Shown here: in pieces, positions 1-9,762 of the stretch | Position numbering within the stretch: the first letter of the stretch is position 1 | How the letters are laid out: each line of letters opens with the position of its first letter | Sequence record: PZ787841.1 | DNA from: a phage | Direction: 5' to 3' (one strand) | Length of the DNA: 47,035 bases | The notes under the pieces: generated by a model | What the model was told of the DNA's origin: nothing | The model's input: only the letters and a program-made list of their open reading frames with translations | Databases searched by the model: none | Translations under genes and position numbers: made by a program

Positions 1-168
1 CATGGAAACCATTTCGCCCTTGGAGGTGTCTTTTACCCAACCTGACAGCCAGTATCTTCAACCCCGGCGACGTTGATGCTGCCTTTGTAGTCGGGTTGTT
101 TGCTGCCGGGAGTCTTGCGGTCGTTGGTAAACAACGCGCCACGGTTGGTGTTATCGTATTGTGTCATC
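1..168 (-). CDS. Small conserved hypothetical protein, 5' part only; the ORF runs off the window start
   Basis: ATG at 166-168 behind a GGAGA RBS; reads MTQYDNTNRGALFTNDRKTPGSKQPDYKGSINVAGVE, then continues in another frame (YWLSGWVKDTSKGE). Confidence 0.4.
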
Positions 169-201
169 TCTAAGTCTCCGGTTGTTTGCTGCCTAAAGTA
201 T

Positions 202-231
202 GTTGTACCATAGGGTTGGGGGCCGTGTCAA
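202..231 (-). promoter_or_regulatory. Weak member of the repeated promoter family (TTGACA -35 at 226-231, poor -10), inside a GTTGGGGG/CCCCCAAC hairpin
   Basis: Minus strand reads TTGACA-18-TACAAC; the downstream leader CAACCGGAGAcTTAGAGATG is shared with the copies at 40.2 kb and 42.0 kb. Confidence 0.3.
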
Positions 232-244
232 CCCCCAACTTATG

Positions 245-2103
245 TTATTTGGTTATGACGTCCTGTCGGGTGGCTTCCCACCAGTTTGCTGCCAGTCCAC
301 CGAAGTCGGTGCGAATCGGCACACGCAGACCTTGTCCTGCACCAGTCGCTTCATCTCGCGCAGGTGGCGCACGGTGATGTCGCCTTCGTCCAGCATCGAC
401 ATTCAGTATTCGTCGTGGATGTTGAGCAGGAATCGGTTGTGCGGGCACTCGCTTTCGATGTATTCGGCGATTTCAGATGTTGCGCTTGTTAAAGTCCGCT
501 GCCGTGCCCTGATACACCAGCCCTGACGCCTTGTACGTGAACATGCCGCCGGGGAATGAATCTTGCGCCCATACATGGTCTTCACATAGCCACGGGATTT
601 GGCGAGCGACCCGGCGCGTCTGGCGACCTCACGCACACCCGGCACTGCCCGGTAGTAGGTTTCCATGACTTCCAGTGCTTCGTCACCCGCCTTCTTCGAT
701 CGGCGCTCTTCGCGCTCGCCGTCAAACATGGCAGTTTCCCAGTGGTACGGCAGATTCATCTGCGACGCCAGCTCGCCGCCGCCCATGTTGAACACCATGG
801 CGAGGTTAATCTGCTTGGCGTTGGCACCACCAGCTCAGGGGCCGACCGGGGCATACCCGTCATGTCCGCCACGATTTGGTGCATGTCGAGGTCCGGGTTG
901 GCAGCATACGCATCAATCAGGCTTTTTGGATTTCGGATAATGCGCGAAGATGCGGAATTCGTGCTGGTCAAGGTCGCCGTAGGTCCACTTCTGACCGGGG
1001 TCTGGCAGGAAATCGGGCGCACCAGCGCGGCTACTTCCTTGTCACGGGAAGGTACTTGCTGCAGTGCCGGGCGGGTGTAGGACAGGCGACCTGTTCCGGT
1101 GCCCTCCGTGCCGTCTCCGTTGTCTCCCTTGGTCTGGTTGATGTTCGGGTGCACGTAGCCATTGACGGCGTTTGCGAGGATGTGCCCGCTGATGAAGGTG
1201 TCACGGGTCTTCATCAGTTTACGTGCCTTGAGAATCAGGCCCGCCGCCGGGTGTTTAATCTTCTTCAGCGCTTCTTTGCCGAGTGACGGCTGGCCCGCGT
1301 CGGTGGTGTCGATCGGCGTTCCGTCTTTGGCGTACCACTGGTCGCCCTCTTTGTACGGCGCGAACAGCTTCTCGATGGACCCCGACGGGTTCGGGTTGAC
1401 CTCGAAGCCAGCTATCTGGTTCAGCTCCTTCTGCGTCTGCTGAACTATGCGGTCAATATCCTTCGACACGCTGGTTCGCCAGTTCTTCATCGATGCGGAT
1501 ACCAACACTCTCCGACGCGATGACGTGCGGTTGCAGGCGCATTTCCAGTTTCCAGACCTCGGTCAGGTCTTGGCGGCTGATTTCCTCTTCCTGCCACTGC
1601 CACAGAGCTAGCTCGGCGTCCACACGGGCGTAGCGGCGCATCATGCTTTCCGGGGCGCGGTGGAAGTTCGGCGCTTGTGCTTTGCGGGTCGGTTTGCCGC
1701 GAAAGAGTGCTGCCAGCTCTGCGTAGATATCATCGACCTTGTTCTCGCCGAGGTATTTGCTCGCCAGTGAGTCGAGGCTGTAGCTCATTAGGTGCTCGTT
1801 GATCAATGCGGCACGAGTTTGCGTGCATTCTGCCACCTTCGGGTCGATGCGGATATCGACTGTGCGGAGCATGTGGATATCGAAGCTTATGTTGTGGTTG
1901 ACCGGGCGACGGATTTGCGGCACTTCCTCGCGCAGCCATTGAAAGGCTTTCAGGTCTTTGCGCAGGTCGTAGTATTCGCTGTATCCGTTGGGTAGGGCGA
2001 TTGACACGCCGAACGCCTTGTCACCACGTGCCCATTCCAGACCTGTCGATTCGCAGTCGATAGCCACCTGCTCATAGTTGCGAAGTCTTGGGAAAATAGC
2101 CAT
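245..2103 (-). CDS. DNA polymerase, family A (Pol I-like), with N-terminal 3'-5' exonuclease domain; at least 3 frame breaks
   Basis: Exo motif DCESTGL (ORF 1453..2103); palm-like region in ORF 756..1508; motif C LLNIHDE (ORF 403..798); Pol I-like C-terminus VPI..GGLAANWWEA (ORF 245..448). Confidence 0.85.
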
Positions 2104-2109
2104 TATTTT

Positions 2110-3580
2110 TTCTCCAGTTTTACGGGTTTCATCAGGATAGGGAGGGCGTTGTCACCGTGGACGATGTCGAGGATGTTCTTCGTGCGCGTCACTGCTACGT
2201 AAAAGGTGCGCATTTCGGCATAGATGCCTTCCTTGTTGTCCATGCTCTTGGCGGTCTTGTTCGACACGTCGTTCGATGACTACGACACGCTCGGCCTGAC
2301 GACCCTTGGACCCGTAGAATCGTGGACAGGTGGATGGTCGGCTTCCAGTCGGTCCCGTACTTGGTTTCGATGCTGCGCAGGTATGCCAGCCACGGTCCGC
2401 CCAGCTTGAGGTGGTCCCACGGCTGGCGGGCAGTTATCTTGTCCCAGCGCCTGCTTGTCCACGCGGCCTTGGCGATTTCGGTCATGTTGCGCTTCATCAC
2501 ACGCACCTCGGCGTCGGTCAGTGCCGGAATCCCTATTTCGCAGATGTTGGTACGGGCTTTCGATAAGACGCAGCGATGCTGACACCGCGCCCTGCAGGAG
2601 GCCCGGACGCCCGGAATCGGTGACGTACGGGATTTGACGCTGAATCAGGTATTCCTCTATCTCCTTGCGCATATAGTGACTGCGGTATAGCACCATCGTA
2701 TCCTCGCCATGAGTCAGCTAAGGCTGTGCGGCGCGACGTGATGCTTGATGACACCTTCTTCGTCACGCGGGCGGTATTCTTTTTTCAACACGTGACGATA
2801 CCTGACCGATGACACGTTCTGAAATACGTGGGCATAGTGTGGCACTCGATAGCTCTGTCCGAGAACGACCCTTTCGGCCCCGTACTCTCTCTCAAAGCGG
2901 TGCATACCGTCCGGGTCCGCCCCACCCCATATGTAGATGGCTTGGTCATCGTCGCCAGCGATGGTGATGTTTCCATAGTTCCCGACCAATGTCGTCAATA
3001 ACCGCCCATTGTAAAGGGGAGAGGTCTTGGGCTTCGTCGACGAACAGGAAATCAAGCCGGGGAGCAGGGATATCAAGAGCAGCGCCGAGCATATCCGAGA
3101 GGTCGATGTAGCCATATGCGTTTTTCCAGTTGTCGTAGGTTTGGGCGAAATAGATGAATCGGTCACGAGTGCCGGGCTGGTCAGTTTGTCGTAGGTGTCA
3201 CCGTAGGAAGTCTATGCGGGCGTGCGCCAGACCGTACAGGGTCAGATAGTGGTCGCCTTCGCGTAGTTCTTCCTCTTCCTCCGGGTTCTCGCCACGAATC
3301 TCGATGCCTACCTCCTTCTCGAACTCCTTCAGGTGTGACCAGCCAATCACCTGTTGCTTCGACACGCCGAGCAGTCGGTAGCAGTAGCTGCGAATGGTGG
3401 CGATGTTGGAGGAAGCCAATACCGATGCGCTGCGCCAGTTCTTTGGCTGCTGCTTTGGTGAAGGAGACTAGACCGATTCGGTCGGATTGATTCCGTCGTC
3501 GAGGAGTGCCGAGAAGCGGCGGATGACTCGGTCGATTTGCCTGTGCCGGGAGGCCCATAAATGGCAGTGTACTGGTTCAT
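2110..3580 (-). CDS. UvrD/Rep-family (SF1) DNA helicase
   Basis: Walker A GPPGTGKS at the N-terminus (MNQYTAIYGPPGTGKS); motif III AGDDDQAIYIWGGA and QSYRVP (ORF 2714..3166); C-terminal TIHGSKGLE/VAVTR-like motifs seen after frame stitching. Confidence 0.8.
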
Positions 3581-3593
3581 GTTTTAATCTCTT

Positions 3594-3625
3594 AAAAAGC
3601 GGCCCCCGAAGGGGCCGAAGGAGGT
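3594..3625 (-). terminator. Rho-independent terminator on the minus strand, immediately upstream of the helicase start
   Basis: Minus strand reads GGCCCC-ttcg-GGGGCC followed by GCTTTTTAAG. Confidence 0.5.
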
Positions 3626-3656
3626 AGCGATACCTCAGGGTAGCTACTGAACGTTC

Positions 3657-4409
3657 TTACATGTCGCTGTGATCTTCCGACGTTGCGTCGAAGGTGCGGT
3701 CTGCTGCGACCTTGCCGGACATCAGCAGCTCGTAGAAGTTTTCAGCACGACGATAGAGAGCTTCGTTCACGAAGGCCACCGGGTCGATTGCCACGTTGTA
3801 GAAATCCTGGCCTGCTTTGTTCTGGTCCGCCACGCCACGGATACGGTACAGGCGGGAGAAGCGATCGCCACCGTTCAGGCGAACGAGGCTGTTGAACTTG
3901 CGGCTAACACGTGCTTTGGACTTCGCCATCGATACCACAGCTCGATGATTTGGCCCGTGCTTTCGCTGACGATAAGACCGAAGTGCTGCGGGGTGTCTAC
4001 CACTTCCCACTCTTCCGGCTTCTCTTGGGTGCTGCGGACGCCTTCGGCTTCTTCTTCGGTCGCGAAGCTGCCACCGAATCCGCCGCCGACCTTCTGGTCA
4101 CGCCACAGCAGGTATTCTTTGACGAAAGCCACTGGCACGAACAACACCGATTCGCCGTAGACTTCACGGGTGACGTTGTTATACAGGTCGCCTTCCTGAT
4201 GCCTTCGATGTAGTTGGGGAAGCCTTTGCGGACTTCGGACAGGGACTGCACCAGTTCGAGGCGCGGCACTGTCATGTCTTCGCTGCCGACACCTTCGTTC
4301 CCGCGACCGTCGCCCATCTTGTCACGCAAGAAATCAGGTACAGCGGAGTTAGAAGGTTGGCTACATTGAAGCCAGCTTCTTGGGTAGCTACTTCGTTCTT
4401 CTTGGTCAT
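3657..4409 (-). CDS. Hypothetical protein (about 250 aa, stitched from three frames)
   Basis: ATG at 4407-4409 (MTKKNEVATQEAGF...); overlapping minus ORFs 3997..4329, 3875..4147, 3657..4010; no motif recognised. Confidence 0.4.
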
Positions 4410-4522
4410 GTTGTTTCTCTCTTATCTATTGGATTTGGCTTATGCCGTTGTTGATGCTGTTTCTTGTTGCTCGATTCTAGCGGGGGAGACGGCCCCCGCA
4501 ACGCCGGACTGATCAATCGAAA

Positions 4523-4786
4523 TTAAGTTTCAATTGGTGCGTTTTTAGGCGCTTCAGCGTGAGTGCCAGTGAAGGTCGGGGTGATCGCACCTTCTTTGTT
4601 GGCGTACGCTTTAACCTTCTCGCCGTCCACTTTGAAGATGGTCGGAGAGGAGGAGGTGCCAAAACCGTACTGCCCACCAGCTTCCAGAACCTTGGTCACT
4701 GCGCCAGAGGCTACTACGTTAGCCGCAGAACGGTTTGCGAATGCTACTACTGCGGTTGCTGCTACTACGATGTTCAGTTTGCTCAT
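4523..4786 (-). CDS. Small secreted protein with N-terminal signal peptide
   Basis: Intact 87-aa ORF MSKLNIVVAATAVVAFA...; hydrophobic N-terminus. Confidence 0.5.
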   Translation of the reverse strand: MSKLNIVVAATAVVAFANRSAANVVASGAVTKVLEAGGQYGFGTSSSPTIFKVDGEKVKAYANKEGAITPTFTGTHAEAPKNAPIET

Positions 4787-4842
4787 GGTTAATCCTTAGT
4801 TGGTCTTGCGGGTTGGCGGGGTCTTGATGCCCCCAGAAGTGC

Positions 4843-4851
4843 ATTATACCA
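4843..4851 (-). promoter_or_regulatory. Extended -10 element TGGTATAAT (minus strand) upstream of the secreted-protein gene
   Basis: Plus-strand attatacca at 4843-4851; no good -35. Confidence 0.3.
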
Positions 4852-5022
4852 TGGTCGATGCCGGATGCGAGTATTGTTTTGCATCCCAACGTATTTTATT
4901 TTTTCTGAATGGCTACATAGGTCTTCGGCGACACGTTAGTGGGTCTTCCGGCAGGCCGTCATTGTCGGCGATAAGAGTCTTTGCTCACACCTTCAGACTG
5001 GACGAGTTGACTGTGTTCTGTA

Positions 5023-5435
5023 TCAGGTCGGCGTGACCGTGGTCTGACAGCCGGAGATATGCTCCCTCTTTGGCACCTGCACGGGTTGACGCATGATGCT
5101 GCTGCTCATATAGACACGACCAACACCCGGCACCGTGAATGACTCGATGCCCGCGTCATCCATTTTGTCGACCATGACGCTATGGCGAAGCCAGTCATAG
5201 GTCTTCTGCATGTCCTTCTTCGAGCGGTCGATTTTCTCGACCGATTCGTTCATCTTCTGATGAATCAGGGCCAGCACTTGAGGTCGCAGCACCGCAGGGC
5301 GTCGCCGACACGCTCTACGCTGAGAAGCTCGGTGGCCTCGTTCAGAAGATCAGCCAGTTGAACCACGCGGGCCAGTACGCTGGACCCGTTCAGGCCGATG
5401 GTTTCTTCGGTGTTGGTGGTGTTTTGTTCGTTCAT
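5023..5435 (-). CDS. Hypothetical protein
   Basis: ATG at 5433-5435 (MNEQNTTNTEETIGLNGSS...); continues in ORF 5023..5292 after a frame break. Confidence 0.35.
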
Positions 5436-5460
5436 CTCTAATCTCTCTCTTATTTGTACT

Positions 5461-5821
5461 TGATAGGAATGTTTGGTCGACCGATAGACTGATAAGTTCT
5501 GGATTGAAGCTGACATCGATGTACGCACCGTCGATGCGGGACCACCAAAGGACGCTAACTTCACCTCATCTGGATAGCCAGAGCGAAGACATACCCCATG
5601 ATGATGGGTTTCCAGACAGCAGGAGGTAGTCGCGGTCCGGGTCGAACTGGCGCATGGCGTCCTCGATGTCGCGCATCAGGGCTGCGTTGCGTGGGCTGTT
5701 TTGACCGGGCTGAACTCGATGGAGGTGATGAAGACGACCTCACCGATTTTTCGGCTGGAAGGTAGTTCAGGTTGGGGTTTTCCTGGACTACGAAGACTTT
5801 CGGCTTTGCGTTGTTGTCCAT
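5461..5821 (-). CDS. Hypothetical protein
   Basis: ATG at 5819-5821 (MDNNAKPKVFVVQENPNLNYLPAEK...); frame breaks downstream. Confidence 0.3.
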
Positions 5822-5854
5822 TAATTAATCTCTCAATCTCGATAAGAAAGGGCC

Positions 5855-5863
5855 ATTATACCA
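5855..5863 (-). promoter_or_regulatory. Extended -10 element TGGTATAAT (minus strand) sitting in the loop of hairpin GGGCCAT/ATGGCCC
   Basis: Plus-strand gggccattataccatggccc at 5850-5869. Confidence 0.3.
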
Positions 5864-5879
5864 TGGCCCGTATGCTTGT

Positions 5880-7720
5880 CTATCGCAGAAGCGCCAGAAG
5901 CTCTTCGGGTGAACGGTCCATGCAGTCACGCACATATGCTGGAAGGTCTTTCTTGTCGTGGATGGCCTTGGCGATGGTGACGTCCACAGTGCCACGTGCC
6001 ATCACATCCGTGTATACTACCGAGTTGGTCGACCGATACGGTGGTTGCGGTCCTCCGACTGCATCCGGTCAACGAGGATGAAAGAGTTGGACATATAGAA
6101 CGTGCGGCTGGCCTTGTTCAGGGTGAGGCCCGTGCCCCCGGTCTGCTGGTTCGATACGAAGAACATGGCGTCACCCCTGAAGGAATTTGCGTTTCTGCTC
6201 GTCGCGCTCGTCCGGGTTCAGCCCGCCGTGGTACTGGCACACCGCATCAGCTCCGTACTTCTCGGTCAGCGCTTCCACGATGTCGGCGATTTCGGGTCGG
6301 AACTGGCCCATATAATCATCGGGTGTCCGGCGTTCTCCTCCGCGTACTCCATCAGGTACGCGATTTTCGGGTTCTTGGCGGGTTCGATGATGCGCACGAT
6401 TTCGCGGTGGCGAGTGCTATGCTCGTCGTTCGGGTCGTCCAGCTTCCAGTACGACACATATCCGGCACAAACTTGCTGCAGGGCCGTATAAGCCGCCAGC
6501 ACGTTCTCGCAGACCAGTTCCACGAAGGAATCGGTGACTGCCCAGCACGCTGGGCCAGCAGCACCGAGAGGTCGGCCTGACGCTCCTTCTTCATTTGGTC
6601 GTATATCTTCTTCTGTTCGGCGGTCAGGTCCACTTCCACGGTGGTATACATCTTCGGCGGGAGGTCTTTCAGCACGTCTTCCTTCTTGACTTGGTACACG
6701 TACGGCTTGATGATCTCCATCAGCTCTTCGATATTGGTATACCCAGTGATTTGCTTGTTCTGGAACCCGCCCTTCTCGCAGTAGCGAGCTTGGAACGACC
6801 CGAAGTCGCCCAACCCGATGATGTCCGGTGACAGGAACTGGAACTGCTGGTACAGGTCCATCGGCCCCTGCGAGATGGGCGACCCGCTCATTATTGCCTT
6901 GTATTTGGACTCGCGGCCCAATATCTCGATGTCGATAGCGCGTGATGCGTCGTGACCCTTGATTTTGTGCGACTCATCCACTGCCTGCATGCGCTGATGG
7001 CTGCGGCGGACAAACTGGGAGGTAGCCGCATACGCTTTGCCCTTCGCTTTGCCCTGACTGAGTGACTCGATGCCGACGATAAACACCTTCATCTTGTTCA
7101 TACCAAAGTCAGCATCGTTGACAGTTTGGCCTTCTTCTCAAACCCGGACATGGTGGTGTCGCAAACAAACGCCTCGTACGGCACGCCGCAATGGATAGCC
7201 AGCTCGTTCACCCAGTTGGTACGGAGCGGTACGGGGCAGTAAATGACCAGCGCGTTTACGATACGAGCGCGGAACCGGGCCGAGGACAGGGTAGATCAGG
7301 GTTTTCGATTTGCCAGTGCCCATCTCCATGAAGAACGCCACCAGCGGAGAGGACCAGCTAAAATCCAGCGCGTCACGCTGGAACGGGAACGGGTTTGTCT
7401 TGAAGTTCGTGCCACGTCGGGAACAGTTCGCGCCGGGTGATGGCGACCGAGTTCACGGCCTCGTTGCACTCCTGTATCACTTGGTCACAGATAGAGACGC
7501 CCGGCTTGCCGACGATGTTGTTCAGCAGGTGCTCGGCGTTCCGACGGATGATCGGCACTACCCAAATCGAGCGGCGTTTCTCAAAGCGGCGGTTCGGGAA
7601 GGCACATAATAAGGTTGTGTACGAGATGGACGCCTCGATATGCATACGCCCGGTGTTGTCGTTCAGACTGATTTTCATGTATGCGCCGGGGCGCTTGTTG
7701 GTATTCGTAGAGTAGAACAT
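5880..7720 (-). CDS. SNF2-family (SF2) helicase/ATPase
   Basis: Motif I GTGKS (ORF 7138..7341), DExH box DESHKIKG (ORF 6352..7101), C-terminal QSEDRNHRIGR motif VI after stitching. Confidence 0.8.
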
Positions 7721-7778
7721 GTTTACATCTCGCTCATTTCTTTCGGTTTGATTTCGGAGGTAGTCAGCTTATCCACCT

Positions 7779-9273
7779 TCACATACCATACATTAGACAG
7801 ACTGCTTGCCGACACGTAGCTTGGTATGCTCGCACCCGTGTTGTTTGAGGATGACCCACACCTGCGGCCCCTTGACGTCGTCGGCACGGTTCTTCTTCAG
7901 GTAGTCGAGGAAGTCCTGACCACGGAAATATACCATGCGGGTTCCGTCCCGGTCCTGCACGACAGGCGTGCCATAGTGCAGCGATTCGCGGTCGTTCTGG
8001 TCCAGCCCGTCCGATTCGAGGTCGGTCTTGGCGAGAAAGGACTGGAGGCGATTCCACATAACACCCTCGATGGTGGCCTCTTCCGGCGCTTCTATCGAAT
8101 ACCGCTTTCGCCATCAGGTCGTGGAGTATCACCTGCCAGCGGTCGTTCTTCATCGGCGGTATCAGGCGGGTCAGTGCCTCGGCGACAGCTTCACGTACGG
8201 CCCGGAAGTCCATCAGCTGGTGGTCAGCAGGTTGACACGCGCCCCATCCACGTACATCGACCAGCGCACTGGCGTAGTCATGTATTTTTCGAGCGGGCCG
8301 AAGGCCGGGAGCGCCCCCATGTCCATCTCGCCCTTCTCCTCCGGTGTGATACCGTATTTGCGGGTCACACACTCGAACGAGCGGCACAGTGATTTCCAGG
8401 GTTCTTCCTTGCACTTATAACGATAATCGCGACGCCCGGCACTGGCGATGACCTTCTTCGCCTCGGCGTGTGACATCGGTTCGGTGAAGATGCGGGCATT
8501 CATATCGAAGGCGCGGTCAACGTAGGTTTCCGGGAAAGCCTGCTTAAGGTAGATGACCATGTTATACATGGCCTCGTTCCGGTGGCCCTTGCCGACCGTC
8601 CGCTATCGATACGCTGGATGCACGGCGGCGCTTCCTGATGCTCGTTATCGCCCTTCTCTATCAGCATGCCCGGCGTGGTGCGGCGAGACTCCGCCACATC
8701 GAGGAAATGCTCGAACGTGATGCGCTTTCCGCCTTCCATGCAGTACCGCAGGCAGTCCGGGTTTTCGGCATCGAACCATGCAAGGTAATCCAGCTTCCCA
8801 GCTGTTGTTCGCCCGTCATCTTGTCCGGTGGCAGGAAATCCTGCTTCGGGAAGACCTCACACCCGCCGTGGCCCAGTTGCACCGCCCACTTAGCCAGTAT
8901 CTTTCTGATGACCGTAGCGCGGATGGTTCGTTGGCGAACAGATAAAGGTGAGCGCCGCCTGACTGGAGCGGCACACGGTCAGCGGGTAGTCCAGCTCGCG
9001 AACCAGCTTTTCCAGTGCATACAGGTCGATGTCCTCGGCGTCACCGTGGGCGTCGATGTCGATGGCACCAAACCAGCAGAAGCCGTCATCCATAATCGGC
9101 ACCAGACCTAGCCCCTTCTTGCCATCGAGGTGGTCGATGAAGTGGTCTATCGTATAGCTTGATTTCTCGGTGATACTGTGGCGCGAACTCGGCACATTCG
9201 GCGTAAACTGACCGAAAGACCGCTCGTTGCCACGGAATAGTTGGACGAACCGCAACAGGTTTCTTTCGTCCAC
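7779..9273 (-). CDS. Primase, archaeo-eukaryotic (PrimPol-like) type, with PriCT-like C-terminal region
   Basis: FGAIDIDAHGD motif in ORF 8890..9273; cysteine-rich region KCKEEPW...CRSFEC in ORF 8213..8569; position next to the helicases. Confidence 0.5.
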
Positions 9274-9420
9274 TAGCGTTTCCTCGTTATCTCTTTATCT
9301 CGGTGCCCATTAAAGCACAGATGACGCCGCCCGCGCTAGTATCCTCTGTTCGGCACCACTCTTTCACGCCCGCGAGAGGTTTTTACTGTCTACCGCCGAC
9401 GACGACGGGGCCGACGGCAT

Positions 9421-9620
9421 CCAGTGTTATCTGTTCCGGGTCTGTTCCATCTGTTCCATCCTGTTCTGGTGGCTGATGGAACGCCTCGTGCCGGGAAGGA
9501 CGCGGTCTGTAGAGGTGTTGTTCCATTGTTCCATCTCGGAACGTATCGGTCGATATTGTCGGCCGCCGACAGCTTCGATTCTCGCGGCGTAAAAACGGAA
9601 CAGAGGAACAGCATCAGAGT
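9421..9620. repeat. Iteron-rich element, copy A: repeated TGTTCC/GGAACA half-sites flanking the perfect palindrome TGTCGGCCGCCGACA
   Basis: ctgttcc x4 at 9430-9468; gttccattgttccatc at 9512-9527; palindrome at 9556-9570; ggaacagaggaacag at 9597-9611; about 90 bp near-identical to 33866-33962. Confidence 0.7.
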
Positions 9621-9645
9621 GCTGGAAAAGGCAGTCCTCATCTTT

Positions 9646-9745
9646 CAGCAAACGAGAAGCCCTCCGTGAAGGTCGAGCATCGAGGCGGTGGGGTAGTGGC
9701 TGGACCCCCTCTTCATGTAGAGGAAAGTACCAGCCGTTTGAACAG
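9646..9745. repeat. Conserved ~100-bp element, copy A, directly 3' of the tail-fibre gene
   Basis: Ends gcaaacgagaagcCctccgtgaa and gaaagtaccagccgtttg match the 34948-35055 copy with the same 52-nt spacing; internal hairpin cctct-N6-agagg. Confidence 0.6.
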
Positions 9746-9762
9746 GAGGGATATCTACTGGG

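Noticed and set aside
4480-4499. Hairpin GCGGGGG-N6-CCCCCGC as a transcription terminator
   Set aside because: No T-tract follows on either strand; at most an RNA processing or stability stem-loop.
9421-9620. CRISPR array
   Set aside because: The TGTTCC repeats are 6-8 bp half-sites in both orientations without regular spacers, and there are only two copies of the larger element; iterons, not CRISPR repeats.
9646-9745. tRNA gene in the conserved ~100-bp element
   Set aside because: No cloverleaf with T-loop or D-loop consensus could be drawn on either strand; the variable middle with conserved ends fits a stem-loop element better.
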